IMG/VR virus record: IMGVR_UViG_3300014656_000083
Location: 1-34,188 of that record
DNA: 34,188 bases
Source of the DNA: a virus
Taxonomy: Duplodnaviria > Caudoviricetes
Reading direction: 5' to 3' (one strand)
In this document: positions 9,224-18,215 of the stretch, one piece after another
Layout: every line of letters begins with the position of its first letter
Position numbering within the stretch: the first letter of the stretch is position 1
The notes under the pieces: generated by a model
What the model saw: the letters and a program-made list of their open reading frames with translations, nothing else
What the model was told of the DNA's origin: nothing
Databases searched by the model: none
Made by a program: the position numbers and the translations under genes

Positions 9224-9382
9224 TTTGTCACCCCCCTTTTTAAGGGAACTATATACTTGACACAACCACTGTGATATGATATAACAGCAACCTCGTCCTC
9301 CCTTACGAAAGGCTATGATGCTCATACCGAGAGTGACTTGCCCGTGATTCGGTCTGGGGTCCATTTTGTCACCCCCCTTTTT
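9170..9382. repeat. Perfect 72-bp direct repeats (9170..9241, 9311..9382) around a 69-bp insert
   Basis: ggctatgatgctc...ccccccttttt occurs twice. Confidence 0.97.
9257..9285 (+). promoter_or_regulatory. Sigma70 promoter antisense to the early operon
   Basis: TTGACA-17-TATAAC with extended -10 TG. Confidence 0.75.
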
Positions 9383-9383
9383 T
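9292..9383 (+). ncRNA. Candidate ~90-nt antisense RNA
   Basis: Promoter upstream; ends in a weak ggggt/acccc stem plus T6; complementary to the RBS and first codons of the 9223 gene. Confidence 0.4.
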
Positions 9384-9765
9384 AATCTAGGCCGATCAGG
9401 TCTTTGATCTCAGCGACCTTTCGATTCAGAGCGTCCTCGTTGTTTCTTTTTGCGTCCATGCAGGCATGTTGGGCTTGCCTCTCTGCATGTATTGCTTTCA
9501 GCCTTGTCTCTGCCACCATGCCCACATGGGAAAGGAACTCCCCCGGGTTGGAATAATACCCATCCGCCGGCAGTTGAATAATAAACCCGTAGGTGCCGTC
9601 TACTGACTCATCGAAAGAGATACGGACAACTAGCGAATCATCCTTTTGATAATCCATCCGCCAGCCCACATACTCTATATGAGCCTGGTGGCCATCAACA
9701 TCGATCGCTATCCTTTTCACCTTTGCCTCCTCGGTATTTCTCCACTTGTGGCTATCGCCATACAA
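9382..9765 (-). CDS. Hypothetical protein (likely GTG start at 9720)
   Basis: ggagg before GTG; coupled to the upstream stop. Confidence 0.7.
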   Translation of the reverse strand: MYGDSHKWRNTEEAKVKRIAIDVDGHQAHIEYVGWRMDYQKDDSLVVRISFDESVDGTYGFIIQLPADGYYSNPGEFLSHVGMVAETRLKAIHAERQAQHACMDAKRNNEDALNRKVAEIKDLIGLD

Positions 9766-10001
9766 TCACAACAGGAAACACTACCACAATAGGATGTCAA
9801 CTTCTCAAGCTCATCTGCGTCTGGCCTTCGGGTAGTTATCCAGCAATGTCCGTCACCAGGGTGCTTTATAAATACTAGCAATGGCTGTGGTTCCACTTCA
9901 TCACAGAAAGCCCAGGGTTCGCAGTTCTGTATGTAGGCTAAATGAGTGACACCGTCAGATGTCCTCACAGAGTAAATCCTATCTAGCTCTGTTAGCTCCA
10001 T
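9717..10001 (-). CDS. Hypothetical protein
   Basis: Coupled operon ORF. Confidence 0.55.
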   Translation of the reverse strand: MELTELDRIYSVRTSDGVTHLAYIQNCEPWAFCDEVEPQPLLVFIKHPGDGHCWITTRRPDADELEKLTSYCGSVSCCDCMAIATSGEIPRRQR

Positions 10002-10453
10002 TTTCTCAGCACATGATCGATATAGTGGGGTGTGCGGAACCGGGTGATCTTCCAGCGACCCCGACTTTGTTCATCCTCAGACCCTAAATCCTCTAATTCC
10101 TTAATTAGGTCCCTCCAATCTTTACCCTCTGAGAATTCCGTGAGCTCATAGTAAGTCTCGGTGCTACAGAAGCCGTAAATAGAAAGAAGCGCCTGGGCAG
10201 CCCGGTGCCCGGCGCCTCCCTCGCCGCCGTTATCCCCTCTGAAGCCGTCCCCGATTATCGCCGCCTCCTTAACCGTGTGGTCTATTATAACCACCCCGTA
10301 ACACTGACTATGCTGACCTTGCCCGAGATTATCCCCTGACGGGAGCTCCCAAACCTCTATGTAGTGATCGATCCGAGCGGCCAGCTCGTCCCGGAGTGCC
10401 TTGAGCGCCTTCTGGGTAATGCCGAATGTGTCAGTGTGGACAGAGATTCGCAT
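9992..10453 (-). CDS. Hypothetical protein
   Basis: RBS aaaggag; 153 aa. Confidence 0.75.
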   Translation of the reverse strand: MRISVHTDTFGITQKALKALRDELAARIDHYIEVWELPSGDNLGQGQHSQCYGVVIIDHTVKEAAIIGDGFRGDNGGEGGAGHRAAQALLSIYGFCSTETYYELTEFSEGKDWRDLIKELEDLGSEDEQSRGRWKITRFRTPHYIDHVLRKWS

Positions 10454-10585
10454 TTATCATCTCCTTTCTTAACAATGTGTTTTCTGCTTCAAGCGTTGTG
10501 ATCCGTTTCTCTAGTAGGGTTACCTGGTGCTTCAATCGCTTCATTAGAGATTTGGTCTTACCGTCAAATCATTCTTCTTTCTAGT

Positions 10586-10667
10586 TTATCAGTGGGATGT
10601 AGGGATCGGCGGAGTTGGAAGGTGAGTAAAGCCCTCCAAGAGACCGAAAGTTACACCCCACTGATAA
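10586..10667 (-). promoter_or_regulatory. 82-nt extended RNA hairpin
   Basis: Four stacked helices; G-U pairs fit the minus-strand RNA. Confidence 0.7.
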
Positions 10668-10911
10668 TCCTATCAACTGCTTCTGCCATCCTCACTAGAG
10701 GCTCGGGCATGGCGTAACGCTTTGCTGGTGACCCACTGATAATCCTTACACCGTCTGCCTCGATCGTCGTCCAGTTACATCTGCCCTCTTTAATGCACCG
10801 GGCGCACCAGGGGATACCGAGCTTAGGGTGCCGGGCATGGTTAGCCTCACACCCGGCCGTGCGCTTCTTTGCGAAGCCCCTGTCTCTTTTCTCTACTTTA
10901 ATTCTCGGCAT
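10651..10911 (-). CDS. Small basic Cys/His protein downstream of integrase
   Basis: ATG overlaps the integrase end; C...H...CxxC...C. Confidence 0.6.
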   Translation of the reverse strand: MPRIKVEKRDRGFAKKRTAGCEANHARHPKLGIPWCARCIKEGRCNWTTIEADGVRIISGSPAKRYAMPEPLVRMAEAVDRIISGV

Positions 10912-11908
10912 TAGTGCCCTCTCCCAATACGGGCAATAGGAGCTGCTGTGAAAAAGGCGAGTGCTCAGCATGTACTTTCTTGTTACGCTTCTCGTCGGTA
11001 TCCCAGTAGAAATCTACAGTGGTTGATATATTGGCGTGGCCCAGCATCTCCGAGACGGCAGCGATCACACTCTCCCCGCCGTGCTCTATGGTATTGGTGG
11101 CAAAGAAATGGCGGAGCTGGTGACAGGTATACTTCTTGATCCCGGCCTTGCGGCACAGGCGCGCCAGGCTGCGGTTAGCGTCTGTGTTGTTCCAGCCGGT
11201 AATCGACTGCGACGGGAATACCAGGTCACCGGGCTGTCCGTGATTATTCTTTGTCTTCTCCAGGATGGCGCAGACTAACGGTGACAGTGAAACAGTGCGC
11301 TCCTTATCACCCTTACCGATCACCGTTACCTCCCGGTCCTTGAGGTTGACCCCCCCCCAGATTAAGCCGGTGAGCTCTCTGAAACGTATCCCGGTATCAA
11401 TGAATAGGGCAAGCATGACGGCTAGCTTCGGCGTGTCAACAACGCTTAGTAGTTTCGCAACTTCCTCTTGAGAGGGCGATTTGACCCTTCTCTTGGGCAC
11501 TTTGGGTGGCTTCATGGTTTTTGTCGGATTCTCAAACCATAGCCCCTGCTCATACAGGTAACTAAAGAAGCTCGCAATGGCTTTAAGCTCGTTTTTAACA
11601 GCAGCAGCACCCACCCCCTCCAGGAGCTCTGCCGCCTGGTGCTGCTGGATCGAGAGGGTCGTGGGTCTTTGACTGTCCTTGATCAGGCTCCGGACATAGT
11701 GTGTATATAACTTTATTGTGCTAGGCCGGTAATGCGTTATCATCCACGACGTCCATAAAGGTATCCCCTCCTCCAGGGTTTGCAGACCGGGCGCCATTTC
11801 TGGGGGTGTATTTACGCCCTCGTTCTCGCAGAGCTGCCTGACAAGCCCCTTTACTACCTGCTGGCTCTGGGGTGAGAGATAATCGATAGACTCAAAAAGC
11901 TTATCCAT
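10898..11908 (-). CDS. Tyrosine recombinase/integrase (XerC/D-like)
   Basis: TGIR, GKGDKER, HQLRH, LGHANISTT..Y; RBS aaggag. Confidence 0.95.
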   Translation of the reverse strand: MDKLFESIDYLSPQSQQVVKGLVRQLCENEGVNTPPEMAPGLQTLEEGIPLWTSWMITHYRPSTIKLYTHYVRSLIKDSQRPTTLSIQQHQAAELLEGVGAAAVKNELKAIASFFSYLYEQGLWFENPTKTMKPPKVPKRRVKSPSQEEVAKLLSVVDTPKLAVMLALFIDTGIRFRELTGLIWGGVNLKDREVTVIGKGDKERTVSLSPLVCAILEKTKNNHGQPGDLVFPSQSITGWNNTDANRSLARLCRKAGIKKYTCHQLRHFFATNTIEHGGESVIAAVSEMLGHANISTTVDFYWDTDEKRNKKVHAEHSPFSQQLLLPVLGEGTNAEN

Positions 11909-12216
11909 GGCGTCATCTCCTTAAAATAGGGTGTCTCGTATTATGCTGCCTTCATTACGTATTGATATCGTTTATTTGACGTATTCCCACTAAGTAATTT
12001 GAACGGTAGAGGTAAAAAGTTTTTCCAGAGGGGCGCTTCCTTGACAAAAGAAGGAATGAGGCTATACCACGGTGGGGAAAACTGGTTAATTTCTGCTGTT
12101 AACCCGATGGTTACATGCTTTGCTATTGTGCGGGGCGTAAATGGGCGATTACAGCTACGAAATGAGGCTTCAGTGGTGGGGTGGGGTGGTGGATTAACCC
12201 GTCTCATGGCGGCACA

Positions 12217-12245
12217 AGGTTAACACACATAAGGTTGTTTGTCAA
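12217..12245 (-). promoter_or_regulatory. Promoter towards integrase
   Basis: TTGACA-17-TAACCT with TG. Confidence 0.55.
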
Positions 12246-12501
12246 GCCCCCCGGCCCAGGACGGAAAAATTTTTTGCTTTTTGTGGGAAAAAACCCGGGG
12301 CTCCAGAATAAGAAAACTGGCCCGAGGCTTTCATTTTCCCCGCCGACGGCTATCAACTTCCGGCTGGGACGCCATGAGACCGCTGAGCCAGTTGACTTTA
12401 TTGTATCATCCCCCCTCCTGAAAATCAACAGGAGGGGTCAAATCTTCGTTTTTTAGGGGGTATTAGCCCTTTGCGGGTAGTCTAACATCTGGAGACCCCT
12501 T

Positions 12502-12612
12502 TCAGGGGCAGGCGAAAATCGACTTTAATGCCGGCACCAACAATAATGAGCCCATCAATATAACAGACCATATCGCCCCGAGGAGCACGGCTATTATTGC
12601 GGCGTCTTTCAC
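12502..12612 (-). CDS. 36-aa single-TM peptide (not in ORF track)
   Basis: MKDAAIIAVLLGAIWSVILMGSLLLVPALKSIFACP; GTGA overlap with the upstream stop. Confidence 0.55.
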   Translation of the reverse strand: MKDAAIIAVLLGAIWSVILMGSLLLVPALKSIFACP

Positions 12613-12971
12613 CATGGCCATCCGAGAAATATTGAAATGATAACTATTATCATCCCAGCGAGGAACACCCCAAAAGCGATGCCTTTACCGAAGGCGATGC
12701 TTTTCATCTCCTCTAGTCCTCGCTGTTTTTCCTTCTCTGCCTCTTCTAATTCCCGTTGTCTTTCGCGATCTGCCTGTAATGCCTTCTCTACCTCTGTGGG
12801 ATTTACCCGCTCACCTTTGCGAATAGGCCAATTACATTCTATGCAATGCACATTTGCCATCTCATTAACGATTTTTCTCCGATTTGGCACCCCATCAATT
12901 ATACCTCGGTGACCGCAACTTTCACAAACAAAAGCGATGCTATAAGTTTCTGCCACCTTTTTCATCTCCAC
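12609..12971 (-). CDS. Zn ribbon, coiled coil and C-terminal TM protein
   Basis: CESC/CIEC; hydrophobic tail; RBS ggaggt. Confidence 0.8.
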   Translation of the reverse strand: MEMKKVAETYSIAFVCESCGHRGIIDGVPNRRKIVNEMANVHCIECNWPIRKGERVNPTEVEKALQADRERQRELEEAEKEKQRGLEEMKSIAFGKGIAFGVFLAGMIIVIISIFLGWPW

Positions 12972-13020
12972 ACCTCCATCAATGTTGACTCCAACCTCAC
13001 CCTTATATTATACCACAACC

Positions 13021-13050
13021 TTGACAACCACTTTTTCTACGTGATACAAT
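13021..13050 (+). promoter_or_regulatory. Rightward promoter; divergent TGGTATAAT on the minus strand nearby
   Basis: TTGACA-18-TACAAT with TG, at the strand switch. Confidence 0.7.
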
Positions 13051-13056
13051 GAAATT

Positions 13057-13078
13057 GAGCCCTCAGAGGCTCCTTTTT
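13057..13078 (+). terminator. Promoter-proximal hairpin with T tract
   Basis: gagcc-ctcaga-ggctc-cttttt. Confidence 0.5.
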
Positions 13079-13102
13079 GTTAATAGAAGAGGAAGTTATA
13101 GG

Positions 13103-13579
13103 ATGAATGCTTGGCAAAAACACCTAGAGGAATTGTATATTGATGAGGGCTTAACAACTCGTCAAATTGGTACACAAATTGGTTTTAGCCAAACTACTAT
13201 ATACAATTCCTTGAAAGATGCTGGTATTCCTATTAGGCATGGAAATTGGAAAGGTGGCAAACATAAAACGAGAAGGGGCTATATTTTAAGGCAAGCTCCT
13301 GGTCATCCGAGAGCTAATAGTAAAAACTATGTCTATGAGCATATTCTTATATGGGAAGAGATACATGGAAGGCCTCTACCTAAAGGATGGAGTGTCCATC
13401 ACATTAATGGCATAAAGTCTGACAATAGGCCAGTGAATTTAGCTGGCCTTCCTAACATGAAGCACTGTAGGGTCTTTGAAGTCAAGGCTAGACGGATTAG
13501 AGCTTTGGAGACTAGGGTTAGATTGCTGGAGCAAGCCCTAGAGCAAAACCAGCTCATGTTCTTAACATTAGAAAATTAG
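13103..13579 (+). CDS. HTH plus HNH homing endonuclease
   Basis: YVYEHILIWE, VHHINGIKSDNRPVNL. Confidence 0.9.
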   Translation: MNAWQKHLEELYIDEGLTTRQIGTQIGFSQTTIYNSLKDAGIPIRHGNWKGGKHKTRRGYILRQAPGHPRANSKNYVYEHILIWEEIHGRPLPKGWSVHHINGIKSDNRPVNLAGLPNMKHCRVFEVKARRIRALETRVRLLEQALEQNQLMFLTLEN

Positions 13580-13591
13580 GGGCTTTTTATT

Positions 13592-14152
13592 ATGGGCAAA
13601 GGGTGGACAAAGAGGAAACCAGAGACGTGCCCTGAGTGCGGCAAAGAGTTTAAGTTTCTAGCTCAGCATATCAGGATGGCACATGGAAAGGAGACTACTG
13701 TGACTGAGGAGAACAATGAAGGGACGAAGCAGCCTGACGTGACTGAGGCGATCAAGGGTATCGGGGAAAGGCTGGACAAGATAGATTCGGACTTCTGTTC
13801 ACACTTCCCTGATTTATGCGAGAAGGTGGACCGGCTAGAGCAGGCCATCCCGGACACTGTGGAGCAGGGATCTGAGCGGTGGACAACGGCCAGGAAGGCA
13901 GACCTTGAGCATGCACTATTCGAGGACTGTCCCGATTGTAAACCAGTAACGGATGCTGTCCTGGCAGCCAGGGGTAAGAGGTTGGCCGATGTTGAGCCGG
14001 AGACCAAGGTTGATGAGGAGGAGGAGCAAACCGAGACCAAGGTTGATGAGGAGGAGGCCAAGGTTGAGGATGTTGAGGAGAAGAGGACTTCGGGCGGGTA
14101 CTTCCCCGGGTCGGTGTGGGACGAAGAGAAGGAGCTTTACGTTGAGCAGTAA
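13592..14152 (+). CDS. C2H2 Zn-finger protein with acidic tail
   Basis: CPECGKEFKFLAQHIRMAH; ETKVDEEE twice. Confidence 0.8.
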   Translation: MGKGWTKRKPETCPECGKEFKFLAQHIRMAHGKETTVTEENNEGTKQPDVTEAIKGIGERLDKIDSDFCSHFPDLCEKVDRLEQAIPDTVEQGSERWTTARKADLEHALFEDCPDCKPVTDAVLAARGKRLADVEPETKVDEEEEQTETKVDEEEAKVEDVEEKRTSGGYFPGSVWDEEKELYVEQ

Positions 14153-14909
14153 CGGCGGTGCTGAGAGATTCCCCTGCCCTAAAGGGTGCGGCAAGGATTT
14201 TAAGACTAACTCGGCGGCTCACGCTCATTCTATTCATTGCAAGTTTATAGCCCCGGTCGAGCCCGATCCCGAGGACACTATCGACAACCCTGCCGGCGTC
14301 GAGCCTGAGCTTAGCGAGGCGGAGATGGCGATCTATAATCGGGTTGCCGGCTTTGTTGGAGCCCAGGTGGAGCAGGGAATAGCAGGCCTTCAGGTGAGGG
14401 TGCAGGAAAGCCTCCTGGCTGGGCTGGGCCAGGCTTTGCCTCAGATGGTAGAGGATAAAGTGGGGGAGGGTATAGTCAAATTCGTGGAGTCGCTTAAAAA
14501 TCCCGCGCAACCGGCGGCCGGGGCCGACCCCGGGACTACGGTTGCCACTGCCGGCAATGGAAGAGGCACGTCAGGCCTGGGAGACTTGATGGCGCTGGCT
14601 GGTCAGCTCAACGACTTTCTCGATACCAATATAGGCAAGATACTTTATAATAAGTTCTTTAAAGGTGGGGCAGCCGCTAAAGGGAATTGGAAGGAGTGGG
14701 CTAGAGGTCATAGTATGGCAGTCAGGATGCTTGGCGCTAATAAGAGCGACTCGGATGCGACCGCGTTAATGATTAAGGAGATGACCGGACCTTATAAAGC
14801 GAAGACGGGGAATGACTTACTTAGAGGTATGAATGACGCCGCCGAGATGTGGCAGCCGTCTAAGAAGGGCGTAACGGCAGCTCCGCCCCCGGAGGTGAAA
14901 AAACCATGA
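14142..14909 (+). CDS. Zn-finger plus helical protein (TTG start)
   Basis: aaggag before TTG; CPKGCGKDF...HAHSIHC. Confidence 0.75.
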   Translation: MSSNGGAERFPCPKGCGKDFKTNSAAHAHSIHCKFIAPVEPDPEDTIDNPAGVEPELSEAEMAIYNRVAGFVGAQVEQGIAGLQVRVQESLLAGLGQALPQMVEDKVGEGIVKFVESLKNPAQPAAGADPGTTVATAGNGRGTSGLGDLMALAGQLNDFLDTNIGKILYNKFFKGGAAAKGNWKEWARGHSMAVRMLGANKSDSDATALMIKEMTGPYKAKTGNDLLRGMNDAAEMWQPSKKGVTAAPPPEVKKP

Positions 14910-16030
14910 GCCCAAAACTAGAAGGACCTGGCGCAACTCTCCCCGTCCCGATCGCTGAAAAACCTATCCTGAAGTGGCAGCGGGAGCAGATAGTTAAGGA
15001 GCTCCTCCTTCTTCAGGATCACATGACAGACCCCACCTGTCCCTGTTCAACCGATGGGGAATTTTGCACCAGGAAGCATCTGTTGTTGATTGAAGCCTAT
15101 GCTCAAGAGACGGTCGCCATCGCCAATACAGACGAGGAGAAGGCTAAACTCAATGACCTTGCAATAGAGTGTCAACGGCTCCGGGCGTATGAGGAAAAAC
15201 AGCTCTGCAATCAGGATGTCGAGGTGGATATCGATGTGGTGACTTGGGCTCGGGACTGGCGGAAGCAGTTTGAGGAGGCCAGTATTGCGTGCTCGGTTGT
15301 GGCGAAGCATGATGTCGTCCCCTTAGATTACGATGAGGAGGAGGCCGCCGAGATCCCGGCAGCGGTTACTCACCCATGGGCACCCTGTCAGTCTCATTGT
15401 AGTCGGGCAGCCGAGTCTGTAGCCGGAGAATGTATCGGTCGCGCCATGGCCAAAACAAAGAAGACGGGGCTGGAGCATGGCTGCATACTGAAGCAGCCCC
15501 CGGTGGCAGTGAGTGGCCATGAGCGCACTATACGGCTGGGACATCCTGGACATCCCGCCTTTCACACACACCCATCCGGGACACCACACCCGTCAGGGGA
15601 CGATTATCACGAGGCAGAAGCCAACAAGCGCCCCTACTTCTGCATCGGTTATCACCAGCGCGGGGAGCCATTTGTTAGCTGTTGGAGAAATACAGAAGCT
15701 ATGGCGGGGGTAGGTAAGGCATATGGCTCCGACCCAGGCTTAGGCTCGGCTATAATGACGGGGCTCGGCGTCGGGACCGGCCTGGTGGTGGCGCAGAAGG
15801 TGTTGGGGAAGGATAAAGGCAATGGGGGCTCTAATCCCCACGACTTCCTAGCACTTTCCAAATGCGAAAAAGAGCACCATCTTGGGCCGAAGCTGGAGAG
15901 GTGTGTTGTTAAATTGGAGGACCGCAACATCGAGAAGGGGTGCCCTCCGATGGGCTTAGGGACCAGGAAGTGCCCTAACCCAGTCGCAGTCTGTCGCGCC
16001 AGTATATCGCAGCCTGTATGTTCGAGGTAA
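14906..16030 (+). CDS. Multidomain protein with JAB/MPN+ metalloprotease motif
   Basis: EHG...FHTHPSGTPHPSGDD; flanking Cys-rich and hydrophobic modules. Confidence 0.75.
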   Translation: MSPKLEGPGATLPVPIAEKPILKWQREQIVKELLLLQDHMTDPTCPCSTDGEFCTRKHLLLIEAYAQETVAIANTDEEKAKLNDLAIECQRLRAYEEKQLCNQDVEVDIDVVTWARDWRKQFEEASIACSVVAKHDVVPLDYDEEEAAEIPAAVTHPWAPCQSHCSRAAESVAGECIGRAMAKTKKTGLEHGCILKQPPVAVSGHERTIRLGHPGHPAFHTHPSGTPHPSGDDYHEAEANKRPYFCIGYHQRGEPFVSCWRNTEAMAGVGKAYGSDPGLGSAIMTGLGVGTGLVVAQKVLGKDKGNGGSNPHDFLALSKCEKEHHLGPKLERCVVKLEDRNIEKGCPPMGLGTRKCPNPVAVCRASISQPVCSR

Positions 16031-16045
16031 TTAAAGGACGCTCGA

Positions 16046-16600
16046 GTGAATGTACTTATACTGTATTTCCTTGCCGTCAGAGCATTCCAATACAATGAGA
16101 GGGAGCAATCATCATTGAAGGCTCGCTCTCTCGCCGATGCTTTAGGTAAGCCCCTTCTTAATGCAGGCTGCGGCGGTGAGTCCTGGCATTTTAGTGCTCC
16201 TGCTATCTCCAGGCGTAGCGATGTGAATATGGATATTGTCCCTCGTAATGCCCCAAATTTCGTGATGGGTGATGTTCAAGATATGGCCATGTTTTCTGAT
16301 AAGCAATTTGGAGTTGCCTTCTGTTCACATGTGCTTGAGCATGTAGATAATCCAGAGAAGGCTTTGCGGGAACTCCATAGGGTTGCAGACTATGTTGTAT
16401 TTCTAACGCCCGGGTGGTGGGATTTAGCTACATACTTTAATCCCGACCATAAATGGGTGCTTAAGGGTGATCAGTGGGAAAGTTTACATAGGAAGGAGGG
16501 ATATAACATGCCTAGAAGAGATGGAACGGGACCCCCGCAAGGGGCTGGTGGACCTCGGGATGGCCGAGAAGGATGTGTTAAAGATGCAAAAAATAGTTAA
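16046..16600 (+). CDS. Class I SAM-dependent methyltransferase
   Basis: LNAGCG, GDVQDM, CSHVLEHV, ALRELHRV; tail runs through repeat copy A. Confidence 0.85.
   Translation: MNVLILYFLAVRAFQYNEREQSSLKARSLADALGKPLLNAGCGGESWHFSAPAISRRSDVNMDIVPRNAPNFVMGDVQDMAMFSDKQFGVAFCSHVLEHVDNPEKALRELHRVADYVVFLTPGWWDLATYFNPDHKWVLKGDQWESLHRKEGYNMPRRDGTGPPQGAGGPRDGREGCVKDAKNS
16493..16568 (+). repeat. Copy A (truncated) of the Gly-rich peptide gene
   Basis: RBS plus MPRRDGTGPPQGAGGPRDGR. Confidence 0.92.
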
Positions 16601-16871
16601 AAATAATAGCTCCCCAGGTGGGTTTAGGCTGTCTGATGAAGCATTTCTTAGACTTAGAGAGCTAGGTCACAAGACAGAACCTAGAGATGATCCAAATGAT
16701 ATACCTAGAGATGATCCGCGACTAATTCAAGTTATAGAGGAATTAGGAGAAAGGGCAAGCGGTAAATACTCTGTTTTAAAGATAGTAGAAATACCAGATG
16801 GTGTTGAATGGGAAATCCAGGAAAATCTTGGCTATGAATGGGTGGCTGAAAAGCATAGAATATGGGAATAA
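16584..16871 (+). CDS. 95-aa phage-type hypothetical protein (cargo between copies A and B)
   Basis: GGFRLS...RDDPRLIQVIEELG...EWVAEKHRIW; AT-richer. Confidence 0.8.
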   Translation: MQKIVKNNSSPGGFRLSDEAFLRLRELGHKTEPRDDPNDIPRDDPRLIQVIEELGERASGKYSVLKIVEIPDGVEWEIQENLGYEWVAEKHRIWE

Positions 16872-16899
16872 CTAACCAAATGAAAGGAGGGATTTAATC

Positions 16900-17031
16900 A
16901 TGCCTGGAAGAGATGGAACTGGACCCCCGCAAGGGGCTGGTGGACCTCGGGATGGCCGAGGTGGTGGAGGCGGCCGCGCCCCAGGACAGGGCGCAGGCCC
17001 AAAGACCGGCGGTAAAAAGGGGAGGTGCTAA
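16900..17031 (+). CDS. 43-aa Gly-rich basic peptide, DUF5320-like (copy B)
   Basis: MPGRDGTGPPQGAGGPRDGRGGGGGRAPGQGAGPKTGGKKGRC; strong RBS. Confidence 0.8.
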   Translation: MPGRDGTGPPQGAGGPRDGRGGGGGRAPGQGAGPKTGGKKGRC

Positions 17032-17149
17032 AGTGAATCCCCATAGGGTTCTGTTCGGTTTAGATGGACACCTAACCCGAACTGGAATATACTCCTATCA
17101 AGGGGTGGGCTATGATGAGTAAAGCCTGCCTCTTAAGTAGAATTGGGAT

Positions 17150-17725
17150 ATGCTGTTATCTGCCCTTATTATTAGTGGTATTGCATTGGTGGTGGCCATA
17201 ATGGCTATCCCAACTGTATTTCAAATGATTTGGGGAAGACCAAATATTGAGATAATGTTTACGGAGTCAATAGATGCGAGGAATGAGAAATATCTTCAGT
17301 GTCAAATAATTAATCGTCCACTTGAAAATCGCTTACTTCGTAAGCTTGGTGTATATCGTAGATCTATTGACGATGTTCACTTCCTCTTCTCTGTTATGGA
17401 TACAAAAACATCTAAAATGGTGGTCACTGATATACATGCATATATTTATACCACACAAATTGGTAAGCCGATGCCTTCAGTGTTTCTTCCTGCGTCAACT
17501 ATTCCAGCAATGATTAATTTGGTTAAAACAAAAGATGACATATATACAAATACTATTGCTCCTTACGGGGCGAAAAACATCCAATTACAAATAGGCAAAT
17601 ACTGTGCAATTATCAGAATTAGAACTTCCGAAAAAGAAAAAGAGTACCATAGAAATTTTTATGTTGGGAACAAGCAACAAGATTTACATTGGGAATCTAT
17701 CGATTCGACTAAGACCCCAAACTAG
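17150..17725 (+). CDS. Protein with N-terminal TM helix (probable IS passenger)
   Basis: AT-rich 191-aa ORF. Confidence 0.75.
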   Translation: MLLSALIISGIALVVAIMAIPTVFQMIWGRPNIEIMFTESIDARNEKYLQCQIINRPLENRLLRKLGVYRRSIDDVHFLFSVMDTKTSKMVVTDIHAYIYTTQIGKPMPSVFLPASTIPAMINLVKTKDDIYTNTIAPYGAKNIQLQIGKYCAIIRIRTSEKEKEYHRNFYVGNKQQDLHWESIDSTKTPN

Positions 17726-17743
17726 AATAGGGGATGAGCAAAA

Positions 17744-18210
17744 ATGACCAATCATATATACAGAAGCAATATCAAAGGGCATCACCCGCCGATTCACATT
17801 TGCACAGCAAGCCAATGTCAGTTTACTTCTACCCACATTACCACCATTCTCTGTAAATATTGTGGCTCAAAAAATGTGGTGAAATACGGGAAGAAGGGCG
17901 ATACTCAATATTACCTATGCAAAGACTGCAACCACACCTTTGCTTGGAATAATACCCTGCCAGGGATGCGCTATCCACCATACCAGATAGCAACCGCTAT
18001 CAGCCTATTTTACGATGGGCTTTCAATAGATGCCATAAGAAGGCAGCTAGACAGTATCTATCGGGTTTACCCTTCGGACTCTACTATAACTTCTTTAGAC
18101 CGCACGAAGCCCTTAATAACAAGACACCTGCGGAAGTCGCAAAGGCTGACTTCTCATATAAAAACTGGAAGGATGTAGTAATAGATAAGGATAACCATAA
18201 CAGGAGGTAA
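17744..18210 (+). pseudogene. Internally deleted IS1/IS6-like DDE transposase
   Basis: CKYCGSKNVVKYG...YLCKDC plus HTH, joined at ~18085 to out-of-frame YNFFRPHEALNNKTPAEVA. Confidence 0.8.
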
Positions 18211-18215
18211 AAGTA

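Noticed and set aside
10586-10745. Hammerhead ribozyme suggested by ctgataa/gaaa
   Set aside because: The core and stems do not assemble; a simple hairpin explains it.
11930-11960. dif-like site (gcataat)
   Set aside because: No matching XerD arm.
13953-14141. Arg-rich N-terminus of the 318-aa ORF
   Set aside because: Overlaps the acidic tail of the previous gene; the RBS supports 14142.
16913-17122. MELDPRKG ORF
   Set aside because: The RBS fits the 16900 frame, where the B/C differences are synonymous.
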